From Anaerolineae bacterium (GTDB lineage: Bacteria; Chloroflexota; Anaerolineae; B4-G1; DUEL01): a DNA stretch of 64,000 nucleotides. The notes under the pieces are model-generated. The model had not been told where the DNA came from. It worked only from the letters and a program-made list of their open reading frames with translations, and did not search any database. Position numbers and translations under genes: made by a program. This document shows positions 30,032 through 38,093 of the stretch, in pieces. The stretch covers positions 13,681 to 77,680 of the forward strand of contig JASFWK010000001.1 in the NCBI GenBank assembly GCA_050049355.1, given 5' to 3'. Within the stretch, counting starts at the first letter, position 1. Each line of letters opens with the position of its first letter.

Positions 30032-31951
30032 TCAGGCTTGCTTGCGGGCGCTGACGAGCCACCCTATCCCCAGGCCAGCGATCAGCATGAGCCCGCCTAT
30101 GCCCAGGATGAGCATCCAGTTGGTGCCGGCACCTGTGGGCGGTTCCGCAGGTTCGGCGGGGCCCTCCGTCGGCGGTGCCACAGCGGACGTCGGCTCGGGC
30201 TCCCCAGGTTCTTCCTCTTCTTCCGTCAGCTCACCTACCTCCAGTGCCAAGCTGCCGTCTTCGGAGACTGGCCGCAGCAGCACGTTCTGCTCCGCGCTGT
30301 CCCGGTCGGTCAGTTGAACCACGTCTGTCGGATCCTCCACCGAGACGGAGTACAGTTCGAAGTCACCATCCCGGTCGGAGTGGAAGAGGACTCGAAGGCC
30401 GTCGCAGTCCCACGAGGGAGCTTCGTCGGCAGCGGAGTCGTCGGTCAGGCGGACGAGCACATCGGTGGTGACGTTGTAGGCGTAGATCTCCTGATTGCCA
30501 TCCCGATCGGACTGGAAGGCCAGCCACACGCCGTCCGGTGACCAGGAGGGCAGTAGGTCATCTCCATCGGACGAGGCTACCTCTGTCTCCTCGCTGCTCT
30601 CTAGATCCAGCAGGTAGAGGTCCCAGTTATCGTTTCTGTTGGAGACGTAGGCGATGAGCGAGCCGGTGGGGGACCAGACTGGGTCCTTCTCGTCGGCGGG
30701 GTTATCGCTGCGCTGAACCTCGTCGGTGCCGTTCGGCAGGATGGTGAAGATATCCCAATTGCCGTCTCGGTCCGATTGGAAGGTCAGTGCGGAGCCATCG
30801 GGGGCCCAGGCTGGATCGGCGTCATTGCCGAGGTCGGTGGTCACCTGGGACGGGCCCTCAGGCATACCTACGTCCAGCAAGAAGATCTCCCAGTTGCCGG
30901 TGCGGTCGGATTGGAAAGCCAGCGTGCCCGTGAGGCAGGTCGTCCCAATCTCGACGCAATCAGGCGACCAGACTGGATCGGTGTCGTTGGCTGGATCGTA
31001 GGTTCGCCGGGTCTGGTGGCGACCGAAGAAGTCCATGGTGTAGATCTCCCAGTTGCCGTCCCGGTCGGACTGGAAGGCGCTCCACCAGCCCTCTGCGGAC
31101 AGAGAGGGGCCCAGGTCGCGGCCGGGGCTGTTCGTCAGGTTGACGATTCCCTCTTCACTCTCAATCGGAAGCCGCGCAAGATCCCAGTTGCCGGCCTCGT
31201 CGGTATGAAGGATCGGGACGGGAGGACAGGCCGGACAGGAGAGCACGACCGATGGGCGCTGCGGACAGGTGGGGCAGCCCGGAGGTGGAGGTGGGGCTTG
31301 TGTGGGGGTCAGCTGGGTGAGGAGGGGTGGTGTGGCGGTTGGCCGCGGCGGGCGAGTTGGGGTAGAAGGCGGGCTCGTAGGCGTCGATGTCTCCTGCACA
31401 ACAACGGTCACGGTCACCGGCGGGGGGGTGCCGGTCGGTGGAACGGGTGTCCTGGTCGGCGGGGCGGGTGTGCTGGTAGGCGGGACGGGCGTGTTGGTAG
31501 GCGGGACGGGCGTGTTGGTAGGCGGCACCGGGGTGTTGGTAGGCGGTGCGGGCGTGTTGGTTGGCGGGGGCGGTGCTTCTTGGATAAAGAACTCTACATG
31601 AGAGATGGCGTGACAATCTGGACCTTCTGGGCAGCTGCGGGAGCCGGATGCGGACCCGCCTCCAATTCCATTGGCACAGTAGCCCGGCGACTGGCATCCG
31701 TTGCTGCCGAACGTCCAGCTATCTCGGCCAGCCTTGATCACGACCCTACACACGATGTAGCCTGCAGGCGCGGTGTAGCCGGAACTCGGATCGGCTCCGG
31801 TTTCTTGTTTGTATGCAGACTGGCACGCCCCGCCGCCAGCGGCTCCGAAGAGGGCCTGACGCAGCCCTGGGACGGTTACGATGGCTACTACTGCTCCAAC
31901 CAGCAGCAGAGCTAGGATTCCGATAAGAGCTCTCTGGGTTCTCTTGCGCAT
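30032..31951 (-). CDS. Exported multidomain protein: 6-Cys N-terminal domain, PPTNTPV heptad linker, TolB-like PD40/WD40 beta-propeller repeats, C-terminal PPTGAG-GIG-TM anchor
   Basis: Repeated FQSDRDGNWEIY / DPAWSPDG beta-propeller motifs; N-terminal domain ~60% identical to that of 28416..29375. Confidence 0.75.
   Translation of the reverse strand: MRKRTQRALIGILALLLVGAVVAIVTVPGLRQALFGAAGGGACQSAYKQETGADPSSGYTAPAGYIVCRVVIKAGRDSWTFGSNGCQSPGYCANGIGGGSASGSRSCPEGPDCHAISHVEFFIQEAPPPPTNTPAPPTNTPVPPTNTPVPPTNTPVPPTSTPAPPTRTPVPPTGTPPPVTVTVVVQETSTPTSPPSTPTRPPRPTATPPLLTQLTPTQAPPPPPGCPTCPQRPSVVLSCPACPPVPILHTDEAGNWDLARLPIESEEGIVNLTNSPGRDLGPSLSAEGWWSAFQSDRDGNWEIYTMDFFGRHQTRRTYDPANDTDPVWSPDCVEIGTTCLTGTLAFQSDRTGNWEIFLLDVGMPEGPSQVTTDLGNDADPAWAPDGSALTFQSDRDGNWDIFTILPNGTDEVQRSDNPADEKDPVWSPTGSLIAYVSNRNDNWDLYLLDLESSEETEVASSDGDDLLPSWSPDGVWLAFQSDRDGNQEIYAYNVTTDVLVRLTDDSAADEAPSWDCDGLRVLFHSDRDGDFELYSVSVEDPTDVVQLTDRDSAEQNVLLRPVSEDGSLALEVGELTEEEEEPGEPEPTSAVAPPTEGPAEPAEPPTGAGTNWMLILGIGGLMLIAGLGIGWLVSARKQA
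31429..31575. repeat. 21-bp tandem repeat (x7) encoding the PPTNTPV heptads
   Basis: Units GTGTTGGTAGGCGGGACGGGC and close variants. Confidence 0.8.
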
Positions 31952-32086
31952 TTCTCCTCCTCCCTTGTCTCAACCAGTGGGTTCTCGTTGTGCAGCGTTT
32001 CTTGGGGTGCCTCCGGCTCGACAGATGTTAGGCTTCCTCTGGATGTGGTTGGACCGTCCCAAGGAAGCCTCTTGCTCTCAAGCTGG

Positions 32087-32800
32087 TCAGGATCTGCGCT
32101 GGAAGTACAAGTACACGGCTGTGGCCACAGCGCCAAGCAGCAGCACGCCGATGCCGACCAGCAAGGGCCTGTTGATGATTGTCTGGTCCGGGACCGAGGT
32201 GGGTGCGGTGGTTGGTGGGGGCTGCGGGACCCGAGTGGCGGGGGCAGCCGCGATCTGCGCCGGGGTAGAAGCGTGAGTCTCCTGGGGGTGGGCGGGGGAG
32301 GGGCTGGGCGGCTGAGAGGTGCGTGAGGGGGATGGCGAGGGGGTCGACGAGGGAACGGGAAGTGGGGAGGAGGTCGGCGTGACCGGTAGCGCGGTAGGCG
32401 GCGGAGAGGTGGGAGCAGGCGGCGCCGAGGTCGGTGGCACGGTGCTCGTGGCTTGAACAGGCTCTACCTGCTGGGATTGCGGTGTGGGAGTGGGGACCGG
32501 GACCACCGGCGTACCGATCCGCCCGATTGGCACTGGCGTGGCGGCCGGCATGGTGGTGGGCTCGGGCGTGGGCGTGGTTGGAACAGGCGTTGCAGTGGAT
32601 GGCTCAGATGTTGGTATGGATGGCGGGGGCGTAGAGGTGGATCCTTCCCGCGTCTCCGTGGCGGGCAGGGTCGTGGTGGGATTTGAAAGGAAGGCGCTCC
32701 CCTCGGTCCCCTGACCTAGCCCGAAGCTCGCGGCGAGCGCCGCGCCTACAAGAAGGATGCCGGCGGCGGTAATGAGCCGGAGGATCTGCGATCGTTTCAT
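32087..32800 (-). CDS. Pro/Thr/Ser-rich membrane-anchored protein (start trimmed to MKRSQILRL...)
   Basis: N-terminal TM, ~180 aa low-complexity PTS region, C-terminal GIG-TM-QRRS anchor. Lies immediately after the anti-sigma gene. Confidence 0.55.
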   Translation of the reverse strand: MKRSQILRLITAAGILLVGAALAASFGLGQGTEGSAFLSNPTTTLPATETREGSTSTPPPSIPTSEPSTATPVPTTPTPEPTTMPAATPVPIGRIGTPVVPVPTPTPQSQQVEPVQATSTVPPTSAPPAPTSPPPTALPVTPTSSPLPVPSSTPSPSPSRTSQPPSPSPAHPQETHASTPAQIAAAPATRVPQPPPTTAPTSVPDQTIINRPLLVGIGVLLLGAVATAVYLYFQRRS

Positions 32801-32817
32801 CAGTCTGTTTCCGTATC

Positions 32818-33246
32818 CTATCGCCGAGAGAGGAGCCAGAGGGCGATCAAGACCAGCGCCAGTGCAAGTACGATCGCTCCTGCCTTCCCAACAACAGCTC
32901 CGGTGATATTCGCGCCACTCTCCGGCACCAGAAGCGCGGCGGCAATGGCCACCAGGATCAAGGCCGTGGCTGCTGCCCCGACCCAGCGCTTTGTGGGCCA
33001 TCCGAGGGGCCATGTAAGGCGCTGACGCGCTGGAGCGTGCAGCCGCCTCCACTCCGCTGCGATGCGCCTTCGGAGTTTCCGACGCAGCTCCTCTGGAGTT
33101 GGCTGCGGACTGAGCGTCTGCGCCAGCAACTCAACGACATCGGCCAGCGGGGGACGTTCGCTTCCTTCTGACTCCGCCCGCCCCTCCAGCAGTGCGTCGG
33201 TGAAGGCTGCTAGTTCCTCGTCCTTCCTTCGCTCCTCTTCTCTCAT
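32818..33246 (-). CDS. Putative membrane anti-sigma factor
   Basis: Overlaps the ECF sigma stop (ATGA); charged N-terminal region plus a single TM. Confidence 0.6.
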   Translation of the reverse strand: MREEERRKDEELAAFTDALLEGRAESEGSERPPLADVVELLAQTLSPQPTPEELRRKLRRRIAAEWRRLHAPARQRLTWPLGWPTKRWVGAAATALILVAIAAALLVPESGANITGAVVGKAGAIVLALALVLIALWLLSRR

Positions 33247-33776
33247 TCGGCGTACCCTAGCTCCTGCGCTATTGCCGAGAGGGCCCGCCGGTAGCGGGAC
33301 CTTGCAGCCTCATGCGAGATGTTCAAGACAGCGGCGATCTGTTTGAATGGCAAGCCTTCGGCAAAGCGCAGAAGAAGGATCTCCTGGTAGTCTGTTGGCA
33401 GACGCCGCAGGACTGTTCTCACAATTACGCGTCTCTCGAACCCCTCCGGTCTCACAAGACTGCTGGCTCCTGATCCGTTGAGAGGTATGATGGATGGCCG
33501 ACGGCCTCGACGGCGGTAGTAGTCTGCCACTTTGTGGCGTGCGATGTTAGAAAGCCATGTGCGAAAAAGGGACCTCCCCTGAAACCGCCGCAATCCTCGC
33601 AGCACTCCCACGAACACCTCTTGGGTTACATCCTCCACCGCCTCGGCTGGAAGCAGTGCCCGCAGGCGATTGTAGACGTAAGGCAGATATCGGTCGCATA
33701 GGGTCTCAAAAGCCGCCCGATCACCCGACTGGGCCTTCTTTACGAGAACTCTGTCGGGAACCTTCTCGTCTTTCAT
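33243..33776 (-). CDS. ECF (sigma-70 family, group IV) RNA polymerase sigma factor
   Basis: Sigma region 2 (YLPYVYNRLRALL...DVTQEVF) and region 4 HTH (YQEILLLRFAEGLPFKQIAAVLNIS). Confidence 0.85.
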   Translation of the reverse strand: MKDEKVPDRVLVKKAQSGDRAAFETLCDRYLPYVYNRLRALLPAEAVEDVTQEVFVGVLRGLRRFQGRSLFRTWLSNIARHKVADYYRRRGRRPSIIPLNGSGASSLVRPEGFERRVIVRTVLRRLPTDYQEILLLRFAEGLPFKQIAAVLNISHEAARSRYRRALSAIAQELGYAE

Positions 33777-33986
33777 ATTCTATAGTCGCTGAGGTAGTCC
33801 GGTTTGGGTCGCCATCTCGGTGCCAGAATTCTGGGATTCTCTCAATTGTATGTGTGTGTCGCGACTGAGCTGAATAGGCAGCCACTCCCATCCATTCTTG
33901 GTCCCACCGGGATGCGCTTGCAGGTTCCTTCCACTGTGTTTCCAGGTCCCGTCGCTGAGATGCCTGGCACGCGGTCGAGCAAGAAC

Positions 33987-35501
33987 CTACGATGAGTTGC
34001 TTTTGCTCCAGGCCTGCAGCCAGAGCCCAAATGTGAACGTCCAGGGGGCCAGAAATGTGGTTCCGACAGCCATAAGGTTGATGCCTAGGACATTGCCCCA
34101 GTTGGCAAGCCGGGGGATCCAGAACCAGACGAAGCCGTAGACGACGTAGGAGCCCATGACCGTGAGGCTGAAGAGGCCGGCCTGAGCAGGAGCGGTAGGG
34201 CGGGGGCGCAGAGCTGCCAGCGCTACAAGCCACGTGACGTACCAGGGCTGGAACCAAAGTGTGGCGAACAACAGGAGAAACAGCACGACATCGTAGGCGT
34301 GGCGGAGTGTGCTGCTTGGGTTCCTCCAGGTCTTCTCGACCTGGAGTGCGTACCATATTCCTAGAGCTCCGAGTGCCGCCGACCGGGCCACGTTCTGGGC
34401 AGTGACCTCCTGCAATCCGCCCAACTGAAGTCCTAGCTTCACGAGAGTTGGCAGCGAGTGGGTGAAAAGAGCGGAGCGTCCGCCGAGGTTCGTGAGCGCT
34501 GTCAGAGGGTCTGGCAGGGAGATGTAGGTCAAGCCGACCAGGACCAATGCTGCGGTCCCGCCACAGAAGAGCGTGACCCAGAACCGGCGGCTTGAATTCC
34601 TCATGCGGGCGGATGAAAGCAGGAAGAGAGGAAGAAGAGGGATGGTAGGGATCTTGGTCAGGAAAGAGAGTGTCAGCGCCGCGGCCATCAGGAGCGGGCG
34701 ATCTAGATCCCAAAGGAAGATTCCCAGCAGTGCGAAGGCCATCATCGCCGCGTCATTGTGGCCATTGGCAGCGAACTCGTAGAGAACCAGCGGGTTCCAT
34801 GCGAAGAAGAGAACTCCCGCCGGGGCGAAGTTCGAATCCCGCCGCCGCAGGATAGCGTGGATGAGCAAGGCCTGGGCGAGGTAGGCGGCGATGGCGACCC
34901 CCTTGAAGCCCAGTAAGTTGAGCGAAAGGCTCTCTCTGCCCAGCGTTCCCACCACCAAGGCGCTGATCCAGGTCCAGAGGGGGCCGTAGTTGGAGGTTGA
35001 GTGGCGAAAGGCGGAATAGGGGGTAAAGGCGGAGCCGGTGAACTGGGCAGGAGGGGTGACCAGAGGATTGGCCCCGAAGTAGGCCAGTTCCTCTCCGTAG
35101 CTCACGTAGTCCACCACGTCCCCCGCGCCAACTGGATAGGTCAGGCTCAGCAGCAGCGCGAATGCCAGACCGGTGAGCAGGATCAGCGGCGTCAACCGCC
35201 GGTGAGGGTGTCGTCGACAGGTTCGGTAAGCCAGCGCATAGAGACCGAATAGGATCAAGAAAGTCAGAAGGAAGATCGCAGCGGGGAGTGGCTTGCGCTG
35301 GGCAATCTCCGGCAGGCTGATAGGGGCTTGAGCGACGTGGGCAAACATGTTATACGGCAGGACCAGCACGCTGACGTAAAGGACGAAGGAGAGGCAGAAG
35401 GCCAGGAAGACGATCGTGAAGGGGCGACCGCGAACCTCGGCAGGAGACTTCCGAGCTTCGGATTGCGAACCGAGGTTGCGGGAGCTCACTGTGTCAACCA
35501 C
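33987..35501 (-). CDS. Polytopic membrane protein, GT-C-fold glycosyltransferase-like (DUF2029/GT87-like)
   Basis: 504 aa with ~12 TM; translationally coupled to the polyprenyl synthase gene. The family call is from general architecture only. Confidence 0.55.
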   Translation of the reverse strand: MVDTVSSRNLGSQSEARKSPAEVRGRPFTIVFLAFCLSFVLYVSVLVLPYNMFAHVAQAPISLPEIAQRKPLPAAIFLLTFLILFGLYALAYRTCRRHPHRRLTPLILLTGLAFALLLSLTYPVGAGDVVDYVSYGEELAYFGANPLVTPPAQFTGSAFTPYSAFRHSTSNYGPLWTWISALVVGTLGRESLSLNLLGFKGVAIAAYLAQALLIHAILRRRDSNFAPAGVLFFAWNPLVLYEFAANGHNDAAMMAFALLGIFLWDLDRPLLMAAALTLSFLTKIPTIPLLPLFLLSSARMRNSSRRFWVTLFCGGTAALVLVGLTYISLPDPLTALTNLGGRSALFTHSLPTLVKLGLQLGGLQEVTAQNVARSAALGALGIWYALQVEKTWRNPSSTLRHAYDVVLFLLLFATLWFQPWYVTWLVALAALRPRPTAPAQAGLFSLTVMGSYVVYGFVWFWIPRLANWGNVLGINLMAVGTTFLAPWTFTFGLWLQAWSKSNSS

Positions 35502-35503
35502 CG

Positions 35504-36532
35504 TTATCGGGCCCGTCCCACCAACCCTAGAGCAAGATCGCGGAGGGTGTCGGCTGCGGACTTACCGCCATCGGCAGCGTCCAGCGCGGTCAGGGCGTGT
35601 CTGGTCTGAACTTGAGCCTCTTCCTGAGCCCACTCGCGGCCCCCTGCCTCTTCCAGCAGTTCGACCGCCTGTGCGATGTTGGCGGTGGAAAGGTCGGGCT
35701 GGGCCAGCAGCGCCTGCAGCGGCTTGCTCCGCTGCAGGCCGTAGATGATCGGCAGCGTCTTCTTTCGACGCCTGATATCCGACCCGGCGGGCTTCCCGGT
35801 CACCTCGGGGTCGCCCCAGATACCCAAGATGTCATCTTCGATCTGGAAGGCCAGCCCCACGTGGTGGCCGAAGTCGCGCAGATGTTCCCGTTGCACCGGC
35901 TCGCCGTTGGCGGCCATTGCCCCCAGCTCGCAAGAGGCTGCCAGGAGCGCAGCGGTCTTCCCCGCCACCATCTCTAGGTATTCCTGGATGGCGACGCTCT
36001 CTTGAGCTTCGAACCGAATGTCCAAGAACTGTCCTTGGGTCAGTCGCAGGCACGCTCGTCCGAAGACCTGCATAGCGGCGGCTACCGTCTCTGCTGGCAG
36101 GCCCCGATCGGCCAGGCGCAGAAGGGCCAGGTGGGCCAAAGCGTGTAGGGCGTCGCCGGCATTGAGGGCCTGCGGCATTGACCAGAGCGCCCAGACCGTC
36201 GGTCGACCCCGTCGGGTGGTGTCGCCATCTTCGATGTCGTCGTGGATAAGGGAGAAATTGTGCAGGAGTTCGACGGCCGCGGCGGCGGGCAGCGCCCGTT
36301 CCCAATCCCCGCCGCATAGCTCGCAGCAGAGCAAGCAGAATATCGGCCGAAGCCGCTTCCCGGTCGGCTCCTCGGAGGGCTGGAGTTGCTCATCGGCCCA
36401 GCCTAGATGGTAATGGAGATGACCATACAGCTGGCGAAAGGCTGGCGAAGGGGTGCTGACCACCTCCCGCATCTCCCTCTCCAGGGCAGGGAGGTAGCGC
36501 TCTTGGAGTGCCTGAGTCGTGGTGGGGTTCAC
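35504..36532 (-). CDS. Polyprenyl diphosphate synthase (GGPP/FPP synthase family)
   Basis: FARM motif [10 protein letters not shown] and SARM motif FQIEDDILG. Confidence 0.9.
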   Translation of the reverse strand: MNPTTTQALQERYLPALEREMREVVSTPSPAFRQLYGHLHYHLGWADEQLQPSEEPTGKRLRPIFCLLCCELCGGDWERALPAAAAVELLHNFSLIHDDIEDGDTTRRGRPTVWALWSMPQALNAGDALHALAHLALLRLADRGLPAETVAAAMQVFGRACLRLTQGQFLDIRFEAQESVAIQEYLEMVAGKTAALLAASCELGAMAANGEPVQREHLRDFGHHVGLAFQIEDDILGIWGDPEVTGKPAGSDIRRRKKTLPIIYGLQRSKPLQALLAQPDLSTANIAQAVELLEEAGGREWAQEEAQVQTRHALTALDAADGGKSAADTLRDLALGLVGRAR

Positions 36533-37563
36533 GATTCACCCTGCAGTGTACTCAGGAGGGTGGCTCTGGAGAGGGCAGGGACATCCTGCACGCCGGCTGC
36601 GAACATCGCTGTGCGCAGCTGGGCGATTATTAGGGTGACGAGGTGAGAAACCGCCTCTGTGGACTCCGCGGCTGCTCTCAAGAAGGGGCCGGCGACGCCG
36701 CAGACAGTGGCTCCCAGAGCCACTGCCTTGGCGACCTGAACGCCATTGCGGATGCCCCCGCTGGCGACAAGCGGCAGGTCGGGCACGGCGCGGCGTACCT
36801 GCCGCACCGCCTCGGCGGTTGGAATGCCCCAGTTCCGAAAGGCAGCCGCGACCTCTCGCTGCAGGCTGCTCTGGGCTCGGTGCATCTCCACCTGGCTCCA
36901 CGACGTACCACCCGCCCCTGCCACGTCCAGTGCACTCACCCCTGCATTGGTCAGGCGGCGGGCTACGTCCGCCGAGAGACCCCACCCTACCTCCTTCACC
37001 ACCACCGGCACCTCCAGTGCTTGGCAGACCCCCTCAATCTTGCGCAGAAGATCGGAGAAATCGGTCTGGCCCTCTGGCTGAAGTGCCTCCTGCAGGGGGT
37101 TCAGGTGAAGGATAAGGCCATCTGCCTCCGCCATCTCCACCGCTCGGCGACAGTGCTCTACGGTGTAACCGTAGTTCAGCTGGATCGCACCCAGATTGGC
37201 CAGGAGTAGGATGTCGGGGGCCAGATCTCGCACGCGATAGGTCGAGATCAGCGAGGAGTTCTCCAGCGCGGCTCGCAGGGAGCCCAGTCCCATCCCAATC
37301 TCGGCCTCCTGTGCGGCCTGAGCCAGGCGGCGGTTGATGGATCTCGCCTCGGCGGTCCCGCCAGTCATTGAGGAGATGAGAAGCGGGGCAGCGAGTTTCT
37401 TTTCTAGAAACTGGACTGAGGTGTCCACCGCCTGCATTGCGAATCCCGGGAGAGCGCAGTGGACGAACCGGTAATGTTCAAAGCCGGAGGTCACTCCATC
37501 GAAAGCGACATCTTCCTCAATGTTAATGCGAATGTGATCCGCCTTTCGATTCTGATGCATCAC
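36529..37563 (-). CDS. fni: Type 2 isopentenyl-diphosphate delta-isomerase (FMN-dependent)
   Basis: SSMTGG motif and TIM-barrel flavoprotein signature; overlaps the downstream synthase by 4 nt. Confidence 0.9.
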   Translation of the reverse strand: MMHQNRKADHIRINIEEDVAFDGVTSGFEHYRFVHCALPGFAMQAVDTSVQFLEKKLAAPLLISSMTGGTAEARSINRRLAQAAQEAEIGMGLGSLRAALENSSLISTYRVRDLAPDILLLANLGAIQLNYGYTVEHCRRAVEMAEADGLILHLNPLQEALQPEGQTDFSDLLRKIEGVCQALEVPVVVKEVGWGLSADVARRLTNAGVSALDVAGAGGTSWSQVEMHRAQSSLQREVAAAFRNWGIPTAEAVRQVRRAVPDLPLVASGGIRNGVQVAKAVALGATVCGVAGPFLRAAAESTEAVSHLVTLIIAQLRTAMFAAGVQDVPALSRATLLSTLQGES

Positions 37564-37702
37564 TATCCCCGTAACTTTCCTCTGCAGGCGGTGTTTTGAA
37601 TAATGACATCATACCAGCGGGGGGGTGGTTTGTCAAACGCTTGACAACTCCCTCTCAGCGGATTACAATAGTAATTAGGATCCAAGCTCCAGGAGGTGCG
37701 AT

Positions 37703-37939
37703 ATGTTTGAACGCGTACAGGAGATCATCGTAGAACTACTTGGGGTGGACCCAGATGAGGTGACTGCGGAGTCCCGTTTCCGGGAGGATTTGGGGGCGGA
37801 CTCGCTGGACCTGGTTGAGTTGGTCATGGCCTTCGAAGAGGAGTTCGGCGGGACTATCTCCGACGAGGAGGCACAGAGCATCAAGACCGTGGGCGACGCC
37901 GTGCGCTACATTCAGGAGCGGATGGTGGGGGGTACGTGA
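37703..37939 (+). CDS. acpP: Acyl carrier protein
   Basis: 78 aa; phosphopantetheine attachment motif [11 protein letters not shown]. Confidence 0.85.
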   Translation: MFERVQEIIVELLGVDPDEVTAESRFREDLGADSLDLVELVMAFEEEFGGTISDEEAQSIKTVGDAVRYIQERMVGGT

Positions 37940-38093
37940 TCTACCGTATCGGGAATTGTTGAAAGAGGGGTCACCGATGAAGAGATCGGTGGCCCTTAGC
38001 TTTACCTGGGTGCGTCGATTATGAGGGGCACCTTTGCCTCAGCGTTTCTTGGAGCGCTGGGGCTCCTTATTCTGAGAGGTAAGGAGGGAAGCG

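Noticed and set aside
34821-34850. GTTCGAATCC (tRNA T-loop-like) string
   Set aside because: The flanks cannot form a 5-bp T-stem and no acceptor or anticodon arms are nearby. It lies in-frame inside the 33987-35501 membrane-protein CDS.
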